Positions 41,486 through 53,714 of a DNA stretch of 53,714 nt are shown here, piece after piece. The position numbers and the translations under genes were made by a program. The stretch is taken from NCBI RefSeq assembly GCF_001194135.2, contig NC_068993.1, positions 12,179,212 through 12,232,925 on the forward strand. Direction: 5' to 3'. A model generated the notes under the pieces. That model worked only from the letters and a program-made list of their open reading frames with translations, was not told the origin of the DNA and did no database searches. This stretch comes from Octopus bimaculoides (Eukaryota). How positions within the stretch are numbered: position 1 is the first letter of the stretch; each line of letters opens with the position of its first letter.

Positions 41486-42999
41486 TTGAATTTGCTTGTA
41501 GCATATACTATCACACAGGAATAAACTATGCACACTTCTGTCGTCTTCTCATCTCTGCTCTGTATAACTATCCAAGTGCTTCACTAACTTCTCTATTCAA
41601 TCTTCCTTCTCCATAGAATTGCCCTCTGTAATTCTCCTCTCCCATAATTTTGCTGCAAACATCGACATAATGATGTTCACACTATCGATCTTTGCAGTTA
41701 GCATATATCGATCTGTCAATCTCAATGGGCCGACGATGATCATGAATAAAACCCCACCTCCTGATGAAGCCATATAAAAAAAAGAAGAAATATGTGAATG
41801 AAAAGCCATAGAGAAGTTGAGGTGATTCTAGAGATGCCAAACTATGTGTTTACACTACAGCATTCCTCTCTAGCCTTGTCATTCGCTCACTTCGCATATC
41901 ACCCTGCAGATGAAAACTTCCCCCTCCATAGCTATTTCAAGAATTATAAAACAGAATTCACTACTGCAGGCGCTAATCAACTGCAATAATGATGCCGATT
42001 ATTACAACATAAAACCTGCCTTGCTGTCTTCTAACTGATTAAGTCGACAACGAGAATTTGGTCGTTAGCATATCATTCTCTGTTCGCTTGAACAAATATC
42101 ATATCAGCTCATTACTTGAAAATGATTAACAAATATCGCAATAGGATAATTGGAAAAAGTAAGAAAAACAACAGCATCAATAACAAGATGTAATATATAA
42201 ATTGTTTTATTTTTAATGCATGTATTTAATTTTTTTCTCTGTATTTGGTTGTATATTTTCGCATGTTTTTTTTTTATTATTATTATCTGAAAACAAAAAT
42301 ATAAATTCATATAATTATTCCTATATTTATTAGATTTGCTTTGTTTTTTCAGTTGAGAATCTGTTTCTCTTCTAGCTTCTATATCGATATTTTTTGGTTA
42401 AATTCTTGCCTGATTTATTTATTCATTTATTTATTTTTTTAATATCTGACGTCATTTATTTTTGAACAACAACAACATGATTGACTCCTGTTGGTTGTTT
42501 ACTGAGAATTATGTAGCTGAATATTTTCGAAGTGGAAGATGTAAGGTCGATCGTATTGGCCAATATTACTACTCTTGATGTAATAATGTCATCAACATAT
42601 ATGACATGACATGGTCCTGTACTTTCACACCAATCGAAAATGCGCCAGGATTGATTATTTCTTACTCTTACTTTTAGCTAGACTTGCAACAGTGTTGTTT
42701 TCGCTGTTGCTTTTGGTGCTGAGATCCACCTTTATCTTCTCTTCTCATTCATATCACGTAAAGCTTTCCGTACATTTTTCACAAATCCTATCGCTAATAT
42801 AACAATATTCAGTCTTCTGATGCGTATGAGGTGTTTCTATGTCTCTCAAGAATATGATGATTCTGCATTATTAAGTGTGTGTGTGTGTATGTGTGTGTGT
42901 GTATGCTGGACAAGATATTATAGAAGAACAGCAATTGCCCAGTGCGTGCTAATCTCCACCGACAAAGCTATTGTACTTGTCCAATGGAAAGGCAACGCC

Positions 43000-43057
43000 T
43001 GATATATGATATATGATATATGATATATGATATATGATATATATGATATATGATATA
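43000..43057. repeat. Heptanucleotide (TGATATA)n tandem repeat
   Basis: About 8 units by direct reading, one with an extra TA. Confidence 0.95.
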
Positions 43058-43321
43058 GTTTGATATTAGTATTATCGGTGTCGGCCGCTGCACCGAGAAA
43101 CGCAGAGACGGAACAAGTATCTTGAGTTATAAAATCAAACATCCTAAAACTCCGCTAAGCCAAAAATCTCTTCTGATTCTTTTTTTATCGCACGAACAAC
43201 CTAAGGAATGAAGGTCAGAGTCAATACCATCGGGTTAGAATTTATTGTGAAAACAGCCGGAACGAATAACTCCAATAACCCAAAGCAATCTATCGAACAC
43301 TCCCAGAACCGGGGAGCATCA

Positions 43322-43354
<33 letters not shown>

Positions 43355-44730
43355 CTTGATATCTTGCGATGTATCTATATATAATCTAAAGATGTGAGAG
43401 ATTTAATGAAAGTTAGTTGCTGGGGTTTCTCGCATGTCGAACGATTACGTACACGTTTCGATTATGGCTGGAACAAATTTGGAGGAAAAATGATAAAATT
43501 TAAGTGCGTTTATTAATTTCTTTGCTCTATCCCATTGAATATCTCTATAGAAGTATACGTATATATACTTCTATAGTATATATACATATATTTATATGCA
43601 GTGATCATCTTCCTTTTCCTTCAGTGCTGACCATACATACTGCACGTATTCGTCTCTATCTCATCTTCTATCTTTTCTCTTGTTAAAGAGAATATTTCTC
43701 CAGCCTTCACCACTTTACTTCGTCTGGTCCATTGACCCTTCTTATTTGTTTTCTTTCGGTTTCCTTGTATGTCTCCACTGTCCTATCTTTGTTACCAACT
43801 TTGACCGTCCGCAAATCTCAAATTTTTTGGGGGTTCGAGGGAGCAACTGCTTTCAAAGTTTTATATTGTCGTTCAATGCTCAAAATAAGGAGTAGAATGA
43901 CATCCAAAACTGATGAAAGGTCGTTCTTTATGTTACTTATCTTCTTTTCCATACGTTTCCCTCGTTGTTTGCGCACCCAACATTATTTTCGTATTTCATA
44001 TTGTTTACGTTTTCTGACGTCCTGTAACCATATGTGCATAATATATGTACATATATGTATATATATAAGCAAATATATATATATATATATATATATATCA
44101 TTTGATTGAACGCCACGCATCCATTTCCAAGTAAGTTTATCTTAATGCGTGTGTATGTGTGTGTGTATAAAAGCGGTAGATATCACTAGATTTCTTTTTG
44201 TGTCACCAATGGTTCCTTCACAGAAATCCAACAATTTGGCTGCATTAGATTTTAATTTAAATGCAGCAGCTTGTGTTGAATTATATTAATTCCATCGTCT
44301 ATTTCAGCTGCATCTGTACATTACAAGTTCTTATTTAATAAATTTCATTGGCGATACAGAGAGCGGAATTTTTGTAACAGAAATATTCGTTTGAATACAA
44401 TAATAACAATTTTATCGATCCACATCTATAGGGAGATAACTTCAATACTTTATAGATTGCAGATCAATAGTCTTAGACGTGAGTAGCATTACCAGATGAG
44501 AGGAATTGGTGTAAAATAATCTTAAAACTACTCAGACAGTTGGAACTGTCTTACAATAGAATAGACGGCTTGAATCCCCAAATTGCAGCAAGTTATCCAC
44601 CTCTTGTTAAATAAAGAATTCGATAAATTCGTTTACGTTGTTTTTCTTATCTGCACTGTACTTGTTGTTCTTTATGATGTAGGTGTTGGTGGGGATGGTG
44701 ATGATTATGATGATGATGATGATGATGATG

Positions 44731-44765
<35 letters not shown>

Positions 44766-45127
44766 TAGTAGCGGCGGACCGGCATCAGTGTTCCAACCGC
44801 TGTGCTTCCATGCTGTTTTCAGGTGTTGTATTTAGGATTAACTTTTATATTTACATTCTAAATGTTTCACTCATTGCAGTAAGGTCATACTGGGGCACCA
44901 CCTTGAAAAACTTTAGTTGAACGAATCGACCCCAATACTAATTTTAAAAAAAATACTTTTTAAAGCCTTATATTTATTCTATCGAATGCTTTTGCCGGAC
45001 CGCTAAGTTATGAGAACTTAAACACACCAACATCATCTGTCAAGCGGCAGTGTGTGTAAATACACACACAAATACACCCATCGAACACACACATACACAG
45101 ACATAATATATGTGTAGGCATGTGTAT

Positions 45128-45161
<34 letters not shown>

Positions 45162-45336
45162 CGCTGACCACTACATTCATATTTTTTCTCTCCTTGTTTC
45201 TTTCTGCGTTCCTTTCTGTTGAAGAGCGTAGGCTCGAAACGTTGAAGACTTTCTCTATTCTCGAGCATTATACTTATACATCCATGTGTTGTTTACACCA
45301 CCTGTCTTCGCCAATTGTTTTTTTCGTAAATTCCGC
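45162..45336 (+). mobile_element. Probable Penelope-like element pLTR remnant
   Basis: The insert is absent from the other family C copies, is flanked by (TA)n on both sides, and contains a hammerhead-like motif. The PLE assignment is inferred. Confidence 0.55.
45211..45249 (+). ncRNA. Variant minimal type I hammerhead ribozyme motif
   Basis: CCTTT-CTGTTGA-A-GAGC(GTAG)GCTC-GAA-ACGT-T-GAAGA: core boxes, a 4-bp helix II, a palindromic ACGT helix III and a short helix I. The core deviates from CUGANGA (A6 to U). Confidence 0.55.
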
Positions 45337-45624
45337 TATATATATATGACATTCTTCTTTCAGATTCCGTCTACCAAATCCACTTACAACTCTTTGGCAT
45401 AATAGAAGACACTTGCCGAAAATGCCACGCAGCGGGACTGAACCCGCAACCATGTGTTTAGGAAGCAACTCATTCTTAGAATGCCTCAATACATTTGCTA
45501 AGGTTTTCTTCCTGCTTTTGATGTCTTGGAAGACTTGCTGATCTAGCTATAATAAGTCGATTGACCTTTCACATTTTTTTTCTACATCCTTTCTGCTCGT
45601 CTTGCACTGGACCACGCTCAGCAT

Positions 45625-45735
45625 ACTAATATTACCGCTGAGGTCTACTTTGCCTTTAATCCTTTTGGGGCCCGATGAAATAAGTACCAGTCAGGTACTG
45701 GGGTCGGTGTCATTTAGTTACTCCTTCTCCACAAA
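45625..45735 (+). mobile_element. SINE family A fragment
   Basis: GAGGTCTACTTTGCCTTTAATCCTTTTGGGGCCCGATGAAATAAGTACCAG. Confidence 0.75.
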
Positions 45736-46204
45736 CTTCTACCACCACCATCACCACCGCCTCCGCCTCTATCACGACTGTTGCTTATACTATTACTATC
45801 GTCCCATTACCATCACCAAAAAGGCCTAATGTGTGTGTAAATGAATGTATGTCAGTTCAGTATGTCAGTTCAGTATGTTGGTTCAAAGTTTAGGTCCTCT
45901 TTCTCCCATACAAACACTCGTTCTTTCTCTCTTATAATTACTCCCACCATCCACACCATTACTTTGAATAAAACCATCATCAACTCTCTCTAAATATCCT
46001 TGTCTCTTTCTTTCGCTCCCTCTCTTTTTCTTTCTGTCTCTGTCTCTCTCTCTCTCTGTGTTCGCCACCACCCTCACCCTCTCTATGCCTACTAGTACGC
46101 TCACCCCAGCATAAGCAGATAGCAGAAGTGTCAATGAATAGTGTGACACAATGACACACAGAAATTAGTTTTCCCATTTGTTATATTAGATTATTATTAT
46201 TATT

Positions 46205-46420
46205 AAGGCGGCGAGCTGGCAGGTTCGCTAAACGTTGCAAAAAGGCTTGGCGGTATGTCGCCCGTCGATACGTTCTGAGTTCAAATTCCGTGGAAGTCGA
46301 CTTTGCCTTTCATCCTTTCGGGGTCGATAAATTAAGTACCATTACAATACTGGAATCGATGTAATCGACTTATCGACTCCCCACAAATTCCATGCCTTGT
46401 GCCTATAGTAGAAAAAAATT
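46205..46420 (+). mobile_element. Full-length SINE family A running into (ATT)n
   Basis: AAGGCGGCGAGCTGGCAG head, box B GAGTTCAAATTCC, body GTCGACTTTGCCTTTCATCCTTTCGGGGTCGATAAATTAAGTACC. Confidence 0.92.
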
Positions 46421-46430
46421 ATTATTATCA

Positions 46431-46476
<46 letters not shown>

Positions 46477-46679
46477 CATTATTATTATCTGCACCATCAA
46501 CACCGCCATCGTTATTAACCACGTCAACTTACACCCGCACCTCATCATTATCATCATCATCATCATGAACAGAATCATTTTCAGCTTTTTTTTTTTTCGT
46601 GATTGACATCTTCCTTAGCCTCGTTCTTCTCCACCTCCGCCTTAGTACTGCCACTATCAACTGCAGCAGCATCAACACT

Positions 46680-46715
<36 letters not shown>
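46418..46715. repeat. (ATT)n, (CAT)n and (GCA)n microsatellites
   Basis: Direct reading. Confidence 0.9.
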
Positions 46716-46851
46716 TGACGAAGTCCAAAAAATGTGATTTAATTGATAGCAGCGTTCATTGATTAGGGTGATAAAATTATGAAGCCAGAAATCCCTATAG
46801 TACAATTTGGGAAAACAAACCGATCACATCTTACTCTCTGTCTCACACTCC

Positions 46852-47258
46852 NNNNNNNNNNNNNNNNNNNNNNNNNNNNNNNNNNNNNNNNNNNNNNNNN
46901 NNNNNNNNNNNNNNNNNNNNNNNNNNNNNNNNNNNNNNNNNNNNNNNNNNNNNNNNNNNNNNNNNNNNNNNNNNNNNNNNNNNNNNNNNNNNNNNNNNNN
47001 NNNNNNNNNNNNNNNNNNNNNNNNNNNNNNNNNNNNNNNNNNNNNNNNNNNNNNNNNNNNNNNNNNNNNNNNNNNNNNNNNNNNNNNNNNNNNNNNNNNN
47101 NNNNNNNNNNNNNNNNNNNNNNNNNNNNNNNNNNNNNNNNNNNNNNNNNNNNNNNNNNNNNNNNNNNNNNNNNNNNNNNNNNNNNNNNNNNNNNNNNNNN
47201 NNNNNNNNNNNNNNNNNNNNNNNNNNNNNNNNNNNNNNNNNNNNNNNNNNNNNNNNNC
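46852..47258. other. Assembly gap
   Basis: N run. Confidence 1.
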
Positions 47259-47922
47259 TCTCAAAGCACAAAAAGCTAAAGAGTACATTCTTTGTTGAAA
47301 TCAAGAAAGAATCTTTACATTTGACATCTTTTGCGTGTAAAAAAATAAAAACTAAAATAAAATAAAATAAACTCACAGAACAGACAACGCACAAAAAAAA
47401 TTTACACCATATTTCGACGAATTATCAAAGTGATACACAATAAGGAATGTAACACGTATTCTAGAGCTTTCTTTTGCACAAAATTTATTTCCTATCTGCA
47501 TCTTCATCTACATCGCTCATCTTTATCTACAGTGTTTCCTTCCGACCTCGTTCATATCTAACTATCCTGACGCTATCTTTTTAATCTCCAGCTATAATCT
47601 CGCTCCCATTATCTATCATTATCTCTCGATTTGCTTACTCAGTTTCAATACTTCTTCTGATCTTCCTACACACTCTCTCACTACTACACTCTCTCTCTCC
47701 TCTATATCACTCTCTATCACTCCTACACACACACATGACCTAATCCTCTCTCCGTCTCTCTTTCTCTCATGCCGGAATTTGCATCTCGCTCTTTCTATTT
47801 ATCTCGTGACATAACGTCACAAGTACGCTTAAATTCTTCTAATTATTCATATGTAGACATCTATATATTCATATGGCATATACATTCGCCTACACACAGA
47901 GACACAGGCACACACACACACA

Positions 47923-48044
47923 NNNNNNNNNNNNNNNNNNNNNNNNNNNNNNNNNNNNNNNNNNNNNNNNNNNNNNNNNNNNNNNNNNNNNNNNNNNNNN
48001 NNNNNNNNNNNNNNNNNNNNNNNNNNNNNNNNNNNNNNNNNNNN
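47923..48044. other. Assembly gap
   Basis: N run between (CA)n and (TA)n. Confidence 1.
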
Positions 48045-48886
48045 TATATATATATATATATATATAGGAGAGGAATTGTATGTGTGATTATATGTTCGTA
48101 CGTACATTCTACATTATGAACACATTAACAACACACATGCAAACAAACACACAGACACGCACACACACACGCACACACACAGAGACGCGCACACAGACAC
48201 ACCCACACCCACAATTACATACACACAGAAGCCCTCAAAAACTCAGAGGCGGTACTGAAAGTCACGCACACACAGGAATAGTTTAGCTTTCTTGAGCATG
48301 TGTGTGCATGGCTATATACATATTTATGTAGACTGACAGAACTCAGCTTCCCCCCCCCCACGTATATATATATATATGGGTATTTGTGTATTCATCCATA
48401 TATATGTGTGTATGTCTGTGTGTGTATGTGTGTATGCGTGTGTGAGTGTGCATGTGTGTGCACGCATAATTTGAAACAAAACGGAACATGGATATGTGAA
48501 TTGCACATGGGAGATAATGACAACAATAATTTTAACTGTCATTTTTATAAATATAATCTGTCTCCCGGAATTCTATCTTCATTATAAGCGTTATTTTTTC
48601 TATCCTTACTTTAAATTTATGTTCGTGTTATTAACTTCATCAGTGATATTACGTACTTTACAAAGTTAGAATAGCAATTTCAACCTACTTATTGTTCATA
48701 GAACCAAGATGCGGTTGGGAAATATAGCTTCTTTCTATGTCAAACCGCAAATATATGACAGCGAATGCGTGGTTTGATGTTTGTACGTGTGTATAGCATG
48801 GAATAATTATATACATACATATAGAGATATATATATATAGATAGATAGATAGATACAAGGGGAGAGAGAGGAGGAGAGAGAGGCAC

Positions 48887-48924
<38 letters not shown>

Positions 48925-48981
48925 ATATTTATCTCTCTATCTCTCTTGGTCTCTGTATGCATACATATATTTATATGTATG

Positions 48982-49227
48982 NNNNNNNNNNNNNNNNNNN
49001 NNNNNNNNNNNNNNNNNNNNNNNNNNNNNNNNNNNNNNNNNNNNNNNNNNNNNNNNNNNNNNNNNNNNNNNNNNNNNNNNNNNNNNNNNNNNNNNNNNNN
49101 NNNNNNNNNNNNNNNNNNNNNNNNNNNNNNNNNNNNNNNNNNNNNNNNNNNNNNNNNNNNNNNNNNNNNNNNNNNNNNNNNNNNNNNNNNNNNNNNNNNN
49201 NNNNNNNNNNNNNNNNNNNNNNNNNNN
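48982..49227. other. Assembly gap
   Basis: N run before (GA)n. Confidence 1.
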
Positions 49228-49261
<34 letters not shown>

Positions 49262-49969
49262 GGAGGGAGGGAGAAAGAGAATATGCAGGTAGTTATAGTA
49301 GCAGAGAGACATATACGCAGATATATAGAGTTATAAATATATGATATATAAGCTGTGCGCGTGTCTGTGTATGTGTGTTTATGTGTGTATGTGTGTATCT
49401 GTGTTTGTGTCTATGTGTGTGTGTGAGTCTGTGTGTGTGTGCGTGTGTGAGTATGTACTGAAGTTATTAACAAAATATTATACATATTATTTCATTAAAA
49501 CGGATTTTTCTTAATTAATGCCAATAAGTGTGAATATATATATATATCCAGATAATATCTACTTAAAAAAAATACATCATATTTATTCATTTTACCCACA
49601 CTTAGTCCTGCTTTCACACGTACTATTTATCCTCTCTATCTCTCCTTCTTAGTTTGAGTGGTCTTCCGTCGTTTTCGTCGATGAAGTCCCATTCGTTTTC
49701 AAATATCGTGGTGATGATATTTCGCATTTCTGTTACTATTGTAAATAATCTTATAACTATAACCCCGATTAGAATTTCGTCTAATAAACCGTTCATACAT
49801 GTACGAAGCAGTGAGAAAGTTTTATCTCCAGTTTTTACCGTCTCTCTCGTATATGCAGCGAAACAGCTGTACATCGTAGAGCTTGTATCCTCGTATATTT
49901 TATGCATTATTTACATCTAAGAATGTCTTTTGTTCTATCATTTATCATTCACTAGTTTCAATAATTGGA

Positions 49970-50172
49970 TTGTATCCATGACGAGGTGCCACCTTGAAGG
50001 TCATAGTTGTCCCACATTTTAGCATTTGGAATTTATTCTACTAGTCACTTTGTAGAACGTCTATGTTATGAAAATGGAAGCATTCTCACGTTGGTCATCA
50101 AACGGTGGTAGGCTGTCACACAGGAAGACAAACATGCATACACATGAACATAGAAACACGCACATGCATACA

Positions 50173-50231
<59 letters not shown>

Positions 50232-50405
50232 GTATGTATAAACTCATACATACATACGACTGGCTTCCGCACAATCTCTGCCTATTAAATTGACTGGTGT
50301 GGCATTGATTGGCCAGGAGGTACAGTCGAAATGACTTATTGAAAGTGCTTCACAGTGATGCTGAAGCTGAATTCAAGTGATTGAAAAACAAGATTCTTAA
50401 CCACA
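49970..50405 (-). mobile_element. Old degenerate SINE family C copy with internal (TA)n
   Basis: GGTGCCACCTTGAAGG, then (TA)n followed by ACGACTGGCTTCCGCAC, then CACAGTGATGCTGAAGCTGAA...GATTCTTAACCACAG, colinear with 19318-19732. Confidence 0.55.
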
Positions 50406-51199
50406 GAACATTTTTATTGTGTCTTTTGTCTACTTTTTACTTCTTTCGCCTATGAATTTATAACACTGGGCAGGCGAAATACACAGCGGAAATGTTAATG
50501 GATCTATGTCAGTATGTATTATTTGCTCATTGAATTAACGCCAGAGATTGTGTATTCTGCAGATACGTGTGTCCTTAATGTAAATCCCAGTCCTAATCAA
50601 CATGCCACAAGATGTGTAGTTAAAACAATATTTTAAATTATCTTCACAATCATTCCGACCATTTCCAAGAAAGTTTCCATGCATATGAAGGCATGGATCG
50701 ATCAGAGACTGAAAAAAAAATACTAAATGCTACGCAAGCTAAGCTAAGCGCTTCGCATAAATTCACACACAGGTTCGTATGTTCTCTATTCAGTATTAAT
50801 CAATGATATTTACGAAAATTAAGCCTTCCTGATATATTTTCTGATGACCGAGTTGTGTCTCAAGCCACCAGTTTCCCGCCACATAAAACGAACTTTCTTT
50901 TCTTCTAACCCAGCAAATGTCTTTTCTTTTCTTTCAGAATCGCTAACAATTTTTTTCAGGATTTTGTTGAATTTCTTCAACAACGAAGCGATATAAAGAT
51001 TCATGAAAAACAATTTGTGTATATCATTCACACGTTACATGCGTTATATATGCACATGTGTGTGAGTGACCGGACGCATCTCTGCCTCTGCCAGTATGTT
51101 CTTATACGTGTGTTTGTATATACATATATATATGTGTGTGTTTGTATGTGTGTGTGCCCGTGTGTGCGCACCCATCTGTGTGTCAGTGTGCATGTGTGA

Positions 51200-51204
51200 A
51201 TGTA

Positions 51205-51290
<86 letters not shown>
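51200..51290. repeat. Long (TA)n microsatellite
   Basis: Direct reading. Confidence 0.97.
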
Positions 51291-51291
<1 letters not shown>

Positions 51292-52513
51292 TTTTATATA
51301 TGTATATATGCATGTATTTCGTATGCATACGTTGAGTGATGGAAAAGTAGAGAGCGATATACAGATATATAAAAAAAATACAGCAGAATCAGCAATGGAT
51401 TATGTAACATGAAAATATGTCAGTGTTCCTATAAATAATTAATTGCATAAACTCATGTGAACAGTATGTTGTCCGCCCAGTATTAAACTATATTATATAT
51501 AAACATAGATAACGCATACATTGGCCTTGTGTTTTACTTTTTGTATGTTTAGGTAGAAAGGAGAATCATCACTCATAAACTTCGCTTCAACCGCTGCAAA
51601 ACTGATGATCAGAGCGAGGATAAATGTGTGGTTAATGTGGTTTATGCGCGGTCTTTTATATGTCAACTTCTACATGAAAACTGTCAACTAGGTTCCCAGT
51701 TATGAAGCCGACGTAAACAGGAGTCACTCATAGTCAGAATAGCTAGGAAGGTGTGTGCATACAGCTAGAATAGCAGTAACAGTCGCAGCAATGTTAAGAA
51801 TATGAAGATAAAAGAAACATGGCGTATGTAGCTGATTTTCTGTAAATGTGAAAAGGAAATATTTTAAATCTAAAGTAGTCCCACATAACACTCACAGGTG
51901 GACGAGCAGCAGTTTTCCATGTTATAACGTTGAGTTCTATCGGGATTAAAGTTATGATGTAGTTGTGTTAAAAATACATGAGCAGTAAAATAAACGCGCC
52001 TATATAAATTTTATATAAGGTGCTGAACTAGTTTTAAACAATTCGACAAACGTTTCAAGGTTCGTGTAGCATAGCCAAACACAACCAAACTTGTGACTAG
52101 TATTGAAATTCCCGACATGTAAGAATTAGAGTATTTTCCATGTTATAAATGACGAGTGTTTCTGCTGCAAGAAAAAAATATTAAATGTCATAATATGTGA
52201 GTTTCAGTGAGATCCTATCCGATATTGCGAGTCCTAGTATTTTAAAAGACTTATGGGCGTTAGCTGTTAGGTAATGTTGTATGAAACATCTGATATTATT
52301 GTACCTTGAGGATATGACAATGCAACGCATGTTAGCTGACAGGTATGCGTCGATAATGCTTATGTGTGGAAGGTAAAGGCACCTGCCGAAGACGTTTATA
52401 CGTGGTTAAAATGAACAATTAGCGGGTCGTTAATTTACACAAGAAAGAATATAAGCAACTGAATATCTTGAGTTTATAAACATTTGATTGACGTATACAA
52501 TAAAGGATCGGCT

Positions 52514-52545
<32 letters not shown>

Positions 52546-53714
52546 TATATTATGTGTATCTATATATACACACACATATATACACTCATTTATACACACA
52601 CAAACGCATATATATGTGTGTGTGTGTATATGTTTTTCACTAAAATGGTTGGCTGTGATATTTGTGCTCAGAATCGTCTAACTGTTTTTATACGTAGTTA
52701 TATGTGGAAACAAATATTTCTATATACATATCTGTGCGCGTATTTGAATGTTTATCTTTTTTGCTTGTGTTAGTTTATATATGTGACTGTTTCATTTCTA
52801 GAAGCAGTAAACTATGATTCAGTAACACTATGCTCAAAAGTTTAGCAAGCTTGAATTAAAACCATTATATTCACGACGTGACTTCTACAGTATACAACAT
52901 TATCCTGGCTGAATATGTTGATCCTCCCATTTTTAAGAAGCAGTGTCTCAGATGATGGAAATGTTGTGTGTTCGTGACATTTATATATACACATTATATA
53001 TACATAAGACTATATATGCATACATATGTGTGTGTGTGTGTGTGTGCGTGTGTGTGTGTAATGTATGTCTCCAACAACTGTATAAGTACATTGCATAATT
53101 ATATAGTCAGTGTATATTAAGATACATTTCATTTACAAACATTGATTCAATCTAGTGATACAGTATGTAACTTTTATGAATACCTGGTTTCAAACAGACA
53201 ACTCTTTGGTTCCAGGCATGGATGATAATGAAAACAAGCGAATAGCATGTATCAGAAACGTTCGCTAATTGTGCGCATTCACATTCATTGGCAACCATGA
53301 ATTCGTCAACTGTTGAGGATTTTATACGGTGAAATGTATCGTTTATGTATTCCCATGAAAAGATATACAATTGTGAGTAAGACATTTTACATCACTTCTT
53401 CACCCAAGCCAACTGTTAAGCAAATTGAACATTTATTGTTTCACCTGACAGATGGTCTCTGCAAATTCAAGGAGAAGGGACTAAAGACTTTGTTGTCAAA
53501 ATGGGAATGGCCTAATTAATTTTCAAAATTACTACATTATGTAAATGCTTCCTATACAGTCGTCGCACTTCATCTACGTTTTGCTACATACAGTAACATT
53601 TTAGGATAAGCATTATTTATTCAAAGATTCATAAGGCTCTCTTTCTTGTATATTACGTATTAAATGTATAACAAAATAAGAAGTGGAAATTGGTCGATCA
53701 GTGGTAAAAATATG

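Larger units (their letters stand above)
44860..45475 (-). mobile_element. SINE family C interrupted by a ~175-bp insert
   Basis: Both halves match 19318-19732; extra sequence at 45162-45336 lies within the internal (TA)n. Confidence 0.85.

Noticed and set aside
49623-49920. Overlapping 94-aa (-) and 88-aa (+) ORFs
   Set aside because: No recognisable motif, no good splice context, and lengths compatible with chance.
19318-50405. All four family C SINEs are on the minus strand
   Set aside because: Four copies are too few to infer strand bias; families A and B occur in both orientations.
50859-50890. CTGATGACCGAG...CTCAAG as a second hammerhead
   Set aside because: Lacks the GAAA box and helices I and III.
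51552-51704. Acceptor followed by VERRIITHKLRFNRCK...QL*
   Set aside because: A short frame with no recognisable domain and no phase-linked upstream exon.

Overview
This is an AT-rich, microsatellite-dense eukaryotic scaffold from a short-read assembly, with nine N-gaps each flanked by dinucleotide or low-complexity sequence. It is not prokaryotic. The repeat content resembles octopus/coleoid cephalopod DNA; this is an inference from my recall of their abundant tRNA-derived SINEs, not a database result. I cannot confidently identify any intact protein-coding gene: most long ORFs in the track are translated microsatellites or gaps. The sequence does support three tRNA-headed SINE families in many copies (some with target-site duplications), a decayed internally deleted mariner transposase, a CR1/L2-type LINE 3' fragment with a ~297-bp tandem duplication, a 401-bp foldback element with an exact 8-bp TSD, and a ~555-bp element embedded in (AAT)n. 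The most interesting signal is a ~175-bp insert nested in a SINE's internal (TA)n that carries a variant minimal hammerhead-ribozyme motif, typical of Penelope-like elements. Candidate micro-exons and orphan ORFs are reported only as low-confidence leads. I found no well-supported novel multi-gene system.
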